A DNA stretch of 64,000 nt, taken from contig OZ024741.1 of assembly GCA_964016885.1 (NCBI GenBank), positions 299,708,001 to 299,772,000 on the forward strand. The letters are read 5' to 3'. Source of the DNA: Eledone cirrhosa. Taxonomy: Eukaryota. Below are positions 53,901 through 64,000 of this stretch, in pieces (position 1 is the stretch's first letter; every line of letters starts with the position of its first letter). The translations under genes were made by a program, and so were the position numbers. A model generated the notes under the pieces. That model was given only the letters and a program-made list of their open reading frames with translations. It ran no database searches and was not told where the DNA came from.

Positions 53901-54428
53901 CACATCTCAGTATAACCTGACATTTGGAAAGCATTGTATGCGTAGTGTTCGTCTGCCAAACAAAAACACTACTATATAATGGAACTTTTTGCAGAGAGAT
54001 CTTTCTTATGAATACAGATAAGAATATATTGATTTTTGCTTATAAATATAGTACTGCGATCTCTGAAGTCGGAAAGCATTCTCCTATTGAAATGTATATG
54101 TGAGTGCAGAAATCCATCAGAAAATGTAATCGTGAAATACGCATGGCATCACAGCAATTATTTCAAGTAAAGGCTTACGTTGCTATATATGTATCCCCAT
54201 CATATATTTTATACCCGTTCTTACCCTTCCGTGCTTTTATTCAGATATATAGAATCAATATTTTTTTCCTATTAGTCTCTTTAAATAATGTAGTATAACC
54301 AAAAACACAATGTATTTTGCGACAATATTTCTGGGAGTTATAAACATGAATTATTTTTACGACCGATTGCAGATAACAGTAACAAGTTTAAAGAAATGAT
54401 ATATATATATAACTTTTCATTATATATA

Positions 54429-54477
<49 letters not shown>

Positions 54478-54665
54478 ATGTATCTACAATGAGTAAATCC
54501 GGCAGAATGCCCTCTGAATACAAAAGACATTTCACTAGAGTTGGCTTCATATTAAATTTTACTATAATATAATCCCTTTTCAGCACTTGGAAATATATTA
54601 TTAATGGTCTATTCATGAAAATATCGCCCTATTTATCCAGATTCTTCCCCCCCCCCCAATCTCCC

Positions 54666-54667
<2 letters not shown>

Positions 54668-54747
<80 letters not shown>
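54668..54747. repeat. (CT)n microsatellite
   Basis: Directly visible. Confidence 0.95.
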
Positions 54748-54750
<3 letters not shown>

Positions 54751-57700
54751 CTCTGTATATACACTATGTGTATAGTGTATATTTCTGGTGACGGACGTTA
54801 TACAATATATTGCATGCATGCATATTCTCGTAACTACTCAGGGAGTCGATGAGGTAACGTATCATACGACGTTTCATAGGAATTTAAAAACCTGGTGGAG
54901 CCCATCCTTCTCCAGGTCGGAATACAGCACATTTCCTCCAGAAAAGGATAGAAAAGTTGAGAGAGTAGAATTGAGAAAGAGACACAGAGGCTGAATCGAC
55001 AGGGTACAAGACTGGAAATGTTTGTCGATCTTGAATGGATAAAAGGTAGGATTTGAACTCAGAAAATAGAGAGATGAAATGAAAACCGCAGATCATTCTA
55101 TCCGACGTTCTATTGATTCTGCCAATTTGCTGCCACTATAGAACATTTTAGTATGCAGAAAAGAAAAAACACATTTACAGAAGTAATTAAATGAATAAAC
55201 AATGTATATATGTATAGTCCTTATGAACTCATTTTTTGGACGCCAAAGTCACATATAACTTGTCCTAAGTAGTTTAAACCTAGCGGACCCAATCCATTCT
55301 CTATGTTTCAACACAACCGATCTTTTTTCCAGAGAATGAGAGATAGTAATAGAAAGAAGGTGAGAAGAAGATATAGACGACGTTTCAACTCCAGTACTGG
55401 ACTGGTAATGTTTTTCTCTACTGAGAAAAAAGAAAGACAAAGATGACTTCAAGGAGTTTCGGATTCAGAAAGCGCAGATAAACGGAACGGATACCACAAA
55501 GCATTCCAGACAGTCTAAAGATTCTACCAATTTTTCGAACTGAATGAGCAAGATACCTATATAAATATGATACGTCATTCTCACTTGTTCTATGACCGCT
55601 GAATCCATTTACTCAAAATATTAAATCCAGAACATTTTATTACATAGTTCGATTCCTTCAACATAAAGTATTTTACTATTGAAATGTTTTAAAACATCTT
55701 GATTTAGGAACGCATTGCTTTATCGGAGGAAAAAGTGCATGCCCTTACGACCGTGCTCTGAACACCCTACTGACTAATCTACGTGACATCACTTATAGAA
55801 ACACTTTCTTCTACTTATGCGCAATATATATTTTATGTTTATAGACTGCAAAGATCCGCTAGCCTCTTCAATTGCAACTGAAAACATGTTTGATAAGGCA
55901 TTATTTGAGATATTCATCGTTATATAAACAATAGCCAGTATGAAGAAGATTAACTGTCAACCTCTGAATGGTGAATGGGTAGACAGAAATTATTTTCTAA
56001 TACTTATTATACTAATTCCCAAGGTCATCGAATATTTCGTCAATATTCCCGATACATGAGCCATTCAACCTATTTATGTTAAATATTTTCTTACTTCAGA
56101 GAGAAGAAGTGAATTGGAGGGAAGAGAGCATAACATGGAGATGCTATTAACGATACGTTACTAATATAATAACCGATATTTTACAAGAGTTGTGTCAAAG
56201 CTTAAAGTTAGATATATTTAGGTAAATGTGGAAGTGTTTAGAAACAAAAAAATCGTGATAGTTAAAGGTTATCTTACTCTCTTAGCATGACCCGCTGTGT
56301 GTGAATGGATTTTAAAGAAATTTCTATTTTGAGAGCAATTAATGGAAGGTAGCAACGGATCAGCAGCAAAGAAAATCGATGTGCGTCTTCAATATCGATC
56401 CCATTGCTGTCTTTTAAAAGAAACAAACCAGAAGAGCATTTTAATAGAGTTTTAAAAGTATAGGGCATATTTCATTTACATGGAAGGACTTGTGACCTGA
56501 AATAAAGGTGTGTTTAATCATCAAGTGAATCGATTCTATGCTGGAAGCGGCTTACAGTATCGATGTTAGAGAACTGTAACAGAAGCACTACTCAAGAATT
56601 TTGAGAAGCTGTGGACGTACAATATTTTGGTTTCTCAAATCACTCTTCCAAAGAATCAAATTGGTACAAATTCGCAGAAGACATTTGGAATTCCCGCGAG
56701 AAGCAGCTTGAGTGGTATAACGGTGAAAGCAAGAGTGAAATTATGCTAAAATCAATAATTTTACTCGAATGATATTCAGCCAGTATGAAAGAAATCAACT
56801 ACTTCTACTTTGTTAAATACAGCGGTGACAAATTCATAGTGTCGAGTCAATGCACAGATTACCATAGAAATAAATGTAATGCTTTTATTAAAATGATCTT
56901 CCATGACATAATGAGTAAAACTGATTTGTAAAAATATATATTGATGAAAAATTACATTTGGAATTTGCCATCGATGACGTGAGATTTATAGAAAACGGAT
57001 ATGCATATAATAATATCATATCTGGAGGAATGATGTATATGCTTTAGAATTTATATTATTTTGTAGGTCGCACGACAATATATTGTGTACATTGGCATAA
57101 TTCCAGAATCGAAGTCATACTTCTTCATTATTAATCAATTATTTATAGTAGTTTCTTCGGCTATATAGACCACTACTTGAGTGGTATTTTATTTTATTTT
57201 TTGAGGACCCGATAAGAATGAAAAGGAGGTTTGACTGCAACGGTAATCGGACGTTCACTCTAAGTATTAATTTTGATATTATAGCATATAGCTAATTACT
57301 ATTTTCCTATTTATTTTTGTAATTTAAGGACAAGACCAGAAAATGTGGGATAAAGGAAAAGAGTGTGATGTGTTTACAGACTAATGTAATCCTTGATAAA
57401 CTTGGCCTTACAAAAAAGGACAGAAGCATTGGAGGTCCAGGATCAAATGTCTGAAATATGAATAAATATTAATTATTTCTTTGTAAGATGGGCAACCGAC
57501 CAGCAATTTGTCACATAATGAGTAAAATTTGTGGAAAGTCAGTTATAGTGACTACAATACTTAATTGTTACGTTAGGATGAAATTAATCTCAGCTGGATT
57601 TGAAATCTGATTGTAAAGAACAAGAACAAATACGGCAACAGTATTTTATCCGATGCTCTTTAATTTTACCAATCCACCACACTAACTGGTAACTTAATTC

Positions 57701-58282
57701 TAAGCACATTTGTAGCATGCAATCAGTTGTGACGTACGTTATCGTATGAATTTCATCCCACTGAGGGCAATATTGCCATCAATCTATTCGGGTCGATAAA
57801 AAGTACCAGTATATTCCTTGGCTCATAAAACAGTCCTGCTAATCTAAATTTTATAGACTTTAACACATTTAATATTTCACGTCTACCACATGCTTGCGTC
57901 CTTCCTGTAATTATTAATTTTATTTAAAATTCAGATGCTGCCCATTATTTACTGAACCAGATCATGAAAGTAGTATCGCAGTTCTCTTATTATAAGTTAG
58001 TCCTTTTTAACAACATATCTACAGTTGTAGAAACTTCACTAAGAAAATTAGTGTTAGGATTTCTATATTTAGAATTTTTGTTATATAACCTAAGAATGGA
58101 ATATTTAAGTTCATATAGAAAGGGGGATGTTCAATATTACATTGAAATCAAAGTAGCGGTACATTTTAGCTGACATTGGAACAGATGCATGTGCTTAAAG
58201 ACAGAAATCTACAAAGTCACGTGAGTTCTGGAAACAGAAATTATGAGGTTTTGTGACCCTACATAGAAACACGCACACATAA

Positions 58283-58318
<36 letters not shown>

Positions 58319-59794
58319 TTATTTATGATGTATGTATATGAGTCTGATTATGTCTGTTTACGTATGTGCTTCTTTATATCTTGTAACTTAATAGTTCTAC
58401 AAATAGAGGTCGTTGAAATAGGTATCAGTTTAAAACAAAAAACTGGAAACGTTTTCCCTAGTATGTGTTAGCAGAGGAATGAGTGAAACCAGTGTATATA
58501 TATTATATGCATGCATATGTATGTATATATATATATCCATATATATATATATATATATAATAAGGAAAAGCGAAGTAGTTTCAGATGTTCAAGTCTTATA
58601 ATAATATTGCTGTGATATATATTTCAATGACGTCACTTCGTTTTTCCTTATTCGATATTTACTCCGTCACTCCTATGTGGAAAGGGTACGTTGAGTGCTT
58701 GAATTGAATTGCATCAATGTTTACCCTAAGAATTTAGCTCCAATTAGTTGAGCGCTCTATGATGTAAACGATATGGTGGAGAAGAGAGGAACCAACCACG
58801 AGCTACACCAGGAAATTCCCTCTACCATGGGGATGGAAACCCCTGACACTGGACGGACATAATAATAACTTTCGGCAGGATAAATACGCAGAAACAAAAA
58901 CTAAGATAAACTCCTATTTTCCTGCACCAAATCGCATTTGAACAGAAGCCCCCTCAATTCAATCTATACATTGACAAATTGACAATCATATGGATCATTT
59001 TGAATATACGTCCTCTGTGCTTTTGCATTTATTCATTATTGGTTCTTTTCTTTTGTGTACTTTATATCTGTTTTTTTTGGGTGTGAGTGTGTGTGTGGGG
59101 AGGTTTCCATGTGATGGAAATCATGACTATGTACCAGTATTCAAGGCAGTAGTCAATCTGTGGATAGTGTAACTGTGACATTAGGACCTCTTTCAGAACT
59201 TCTTACTTAAACATCTCTCTTCATATTATTTACTCACTTCAATCTATATGTTTTTTTCCTCACCTCAATCCGGATTCTCAAATGAAACATTTTTTAATTT
59301 CTAATTGTTAATTTTTTAATTTTTTAATTTTTTAATTTATAATTTCTGATATTTGATTTAGGATTTTCGATTTTAAATTTTAATTTTTATTTCCAACTCT
59401 CACCCATAACTTCCAATGTAAAACCATGATACCTAGAATTGAGTATATTTTCTGTTAGGGGTTGATGGTCAGTTGTACTGTCCATGCTTGGTGAGAGGTA
59501 GTATTGTGACCTGTAAAGACTAACACTCTCCCATATGGTACAGACTAACACTCTCCCATATGGTACAGGCCTGAATGGGTCATTGTTTGGCTGAGAGAAG
59601 GAACTGACTAAGCCAATTTCATTGAAATCTGCGGTAGCTAATGGTCAACCTCCTTCGGACATGCGCCTGCGCAGACCGGTAGGGGTGAATTGGTACTCAC
59701 AGAGGAACGGATGAAGAACCCAAAAGCACACACTTCCGTTCCCTTGTCGATTCAATTTGGATTGCCTCGGAAACATAACTTTATTATGTAACAA

Positions 59795-59853
59795 GCTGTC
59801 TGACGATGTCGCGACACTCGCACATAGAACAGTGTGGAAATATATATCACAGC
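59795..59853 (+). ncRNA. Type I hammerhead ribozyme motif
   Basis: gctgt-CTGACGA-(irregular stem II with acact/agtgt)-GAAA-tatata-TC-acagc. The 3' half gaaatatatatcacagc recurs inverted at 58609-58625. Confidence 0.68.
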
Positions 59854-60506
59854 ATGATAACTGACTAATATCGTCTTAAACTTTAAACAATGTACTCTTT
59901 GTATAAATTTAGACAAATGCTAGTTTAATAATATCCTTTTTAATTACACTTATATGGCTTTTGGATACTTAAGGGCATTATAATTTTAACTTTATAATTG
60001 TAATTATTTTCTAAATTATATAATGATTCTTTTTTAATATAAATTTGTTTAATATGAAAGAAAAAAAATTTTTTTTCTTAATATAATTTAATATGGATTA
60101 CCTTCGGGATGAAGAAAATCTTAAGTCTTTTCTTTCTCATGTTTGCAAACACTTTAAATATGATATGATACTATAATATAAATCCTTATCAATTTTAGAG
60201 TCAGAAATCTTATGCCATTAGATTAATTCACTATTTCTAACTAACATAAAGGTTCGAAATTTAACGGTCATCCGGATGCGCTGGAATATATACATTTGAT
60301 TAATTGACCATTTCTAATTAACTTAAGGATTCGAATATAAAATATATATATATCTTTATAAGCTTTCTCACACGCACCCTCTGTATTATATGTAATTTTT
60401 TCATGTCTCAATCTTAAGGTATATAAATATTGAGTTGTCATAACTTATTCACTGCCATGACTGAATTTTAACCATCAACATAGTCAAGGTATGTCAGGCA
60501 TCATCT

Positions 60507-60573
60507 TATTTTATCTGATGATGACGTACTGTTGAAAATAGCTCAGTATCTCTGAAATATGTATAATAAAATA
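60507..60573 (+). ncRNA. Type I hammerhead ribozyme motif
   Basis: tattttat-CTGATGA-..tactg..cagta..-GAAA-tatgta-TA-ataaaata. Stem I is 8 bp; the base of stem II is degenerate. Confidence 0.62.
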
Positions 60574-60791
60574 TACTTGATCACACGAATGTCTATATTT
60601 GTTAATATTCTGAATTAATATTAAAAACTCCGTAAAACATTTGTACTGTGGAGTGCCTCTAATCTATTGTGAAACTTTATTCATTGATTTATTCATTGAA
60701 CCTTGTTTAACCTTTATATATATATATATATGTGTGTGTGTCTGTGTGTATGTATGAGTATGTATGTGTGTGTATATGTTTATGTGTGTAG

Positions 60792-60889
<98 letters not shown>

Positions 60890-60967
60890 GTATGTGTATG
60901 TATGTACATGTATGAATATATGTATATATATGTATATATATGTATATATGTATATATATACATATAA

Positions 60968-61036
<69 letters not shown>

Positions 61037-62419
61037 TTTCTCAAGAAAATGTGACTTGTCTATCGAGGAGATTTTTTTATATAATTAACTGTCAAAACTC
61101 TATTAATCTTAAAACAAAATTACTTGCAGACATCGCCAACATTCTACTTTCAGAAGTATTTTTAATTTATGATATTCATTACACTTGACTATATATTATT
61201 CACCTTTAAAATGATCCTATTATTTATTTTTTTTTAAGATGTAGATTGATAATATCTAATTGACATTCTGAAAGTTATCCTCTTTACGATAGTTCTTCGA
61301 AATGCACAATACCTTTTTCCTATTCTTTAATCTTCAAACTTTTCACACATCTTTCGACTAAAATAGTATATAATTGAAACTCTCATCCTTGAAAAAATTA
61401 ATCTCACACAAAATAATATATAATTTTCCCTACATATTTTCTGAGTAAATCATTCATCAAATTTAACGATTAGCAAACAATATTGGAGTTATCTTCTCCT
61501 TTTCCATCGAGCAAACATAAACATTGTAACATGTATGATAAACTATATCACTTCGCTAAATTAACAATATTCTGAAAACATTTTCAATGTTGGAACAAAA
61601 TATTTGAATACAAATTCTTCTCCTCTTACAACTTGAAGTACGTGATTTTTATGTAAAATGCAAAATCACCTTCCTTCGTAACTCATATGAGAAATAATTA
61701 TGATTTATTTCTATTTCTATAAAATCACCAATAATACTTAAACATGCACAATTATTAACCTACATAGATATTTATATACTTACAACCTGTTGTAATATAA
61801 TAAGATAAAATATACTTACAACCATAATTCTTCATGTAATCTAATTGATTATATATACAACATTATAACTCATAATATAGCTAAATAATTTTTAAATTCT
61901 GGATTTTAAATTCCAGCATTCCTACAAATTGTTAATTCTTTTTAAATTAACGTAAATACAAGCTCTTCTTTCTTTTTCTTCTTCTTACACATACATACAT
62001 ATATCCTAATTATTTAAATCTACATAGCGTCTAAAAATAACGTTTTTTCAGCCCTATTCCTCAACTTCATTTGCATACTCATCTTAATAATTTGAAATAT
62101 TTGACTTTTCTTCTCTTTCCCTTCTTTCCTTCACTATCCAGGAAACACTTCAATCGTTAAGTTATTTTGTCCTGGTTATGTCAATATTTATAAAACAAAC
62201 TTTGTAATTTATCTGAAAGTGTTGGTACCCTTGACATATATATAATAGAATAAATATGGTTTTATAAATATGGTTTCCATTTATTTAATATCATTAAATA
62301 TTATACTCCAGAAAACTTGTCGAGTGCTTTGAATCAGTTATAAACATTTATATTTGTTGAATTACCAACAAATTAAATATCCCTTTTGCATTATATATAT
62401 ATATATATACATATACATA

Positions 62420-62497
<78 letters not shown>

Positions 62498-64000
62498 TAT
62501 GTATATGTATATATACATATATTTGTTTTGCAAGGTTTTTGATATCAAAAGTGTGTTGAAACAAATATTGTTATATTTGGGGAGGGTCGTATTGTTGTTA
62601 TATTGCCAGAAATAATAATTGGTTTGCGTTGGTTTTCGTTTCTGTATCGTTTACATCTGCATCTCCATAGTTAATTCATCTGGTAATCTATGTTTGTCAT
62701 TGATTGACCAACGGTTAAAAATACAGATATAAATATATAGTCTATGAAAGTTCCTTCGTCACACATCTGTGAAATCATCAGTGGTACACTTGTGTTTCCT
62801 CCCGTTGTTTTGCAATGCCTACAGCATTTTTATTTTATTTATTTATTTGTTGTAGTCTCTGTCTCTGTTTGCGCATGCATTTGCGTGTTTGTTTCCTGTT
62901 TGGTGTGTGTTTTTGTATTCTATCTTTGTTCACTAGTTAGTGCTTATGTGTGTTTGTTGTTATTGTACATGTGTATATATTTATTTTTATTTCCCTTAGT
63001 TCAGTATTGTTTGTTTGGTTATGAACAGAAAGAACGATGGAATAACAACACCAACCATACCCAAATATAATATATATATATATATATTTATAGTGTAAGA
63101 TAGTAATATGGACGTAAACAAGAGGAGAAATCCTTCATCAGCTGTTAACTGCGATCATAGATGTTTCGGCGTTTAAAACAGGACATCGAAATCGATCAGC
63201 AGCGCGCCCAAGGCCTTTTATCGAGGCCTTTTATCGAGGCCTTTTACGTATATTCCTCTCTGTGATTACACAGGGTATAATAAGGTTGGCCCTTGAATTG
63301 CAGTTGCAGTCGATCTGACAGACACCCAAACAGTTTCCGTGAACCCACATTCACTCAAAAACCCTAGGTCGTTCCGTGATTATGATAAATGACACCAGTC
63401 CAGGATGCTACGCAATGCGATATAACCCGGAACCTTTTGATTGCGGAGTGAACTTCTTAATCATTCGACTATTATTTATCCAACACGCAAACATAATTAA
63501 TTATGAATATAGAAGGCGTTTGAAATAGATCGATTGACACCAATTGTTTATAGGATAATCGACTCATTAAAAAATATTAATTCAATAATCGAAACCTTTG
63601 TTAACAGCTGCTCCAACTTTGATAACTTTGATATTATTCTTTTTATCTGGTGTTTTTTAGCAAACTTTTAAGTTACTCGGAAGCAGTGTTTAGTAGAACA
63701 GGTGAAAATTTCATCGAAAAAAATATTTTGCTTTAAGACCCATAGTCGTATATTAATGCAATGTTTAACGAAAGGCGGATCGACTTCAAGATTAAAGATG
63801 AGATTTTTGTTGATATATTTTTTAAACACAGTTAATCTCAGTCGAAATATTTTCATAATTATATTCTAAGCTTAATAAATAAAAAAATAATTAGATAGTG
63901 GATGGAATGTGTCTCTGTATTTAGCGGAGTCTCGTCATATGCTGCACTGAAATGTTATGGACTGTTTAATTTATATTTAGCTACAGCTAGTTCGTGGATT

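Noticed and set aside
56274-56468. Minus-strand 64-aa ORF ending at a gtaaga donor-like site
   Set aside because: No recognisable homology and an ambiguous acceptor; cannot be supported without RNA data.

Overview
AT-rich, microsatellite-saturated animal DNA with no confidently identifiable host gene. The SINE families and (TA)n/(CA)n density suggest a coleoid cephalopod such as an octopus (inference). Decayed transposons present: two R4/Dong-type non-LTR fragments (1-590, 1709-3483) around an L1/Tx1-like ORF1; a Helitron RepHel pseudogene bracketed by two direct-repeat ~355-bp mini-Helitrons (10132-16810); two Penelope-like (PLE) remnants (22092-23700, 30840-31620); an internally deleted mariner with ~100-bp inverted ends (48767-49646); and many tRNA-derived SINEs. 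The main signal that the ORF track misses is a set of small non-coding elements inserted in or next to (TA)n tracts that carry type I hammerhead ribozyme motifs with palindromic stem III, several in tandem or head-to-head arrangements. The clearest is a young 548-bp-unit array at 20182-22065 with three hammerheads; a second, unrelated ~476-bp-unit family lies at 31987-32808. Further hammerhead motifs are at 24560, 59795 and 60507, with degenerate ones at 4612, 5410 and 40961. Together these look like several families of retrozyme-like, PLE-mobilised ribozyme elements. Ribozyme activity is predicted from motif and base-pairing only. Most short ORFs in the track are microsatellite artefacts.
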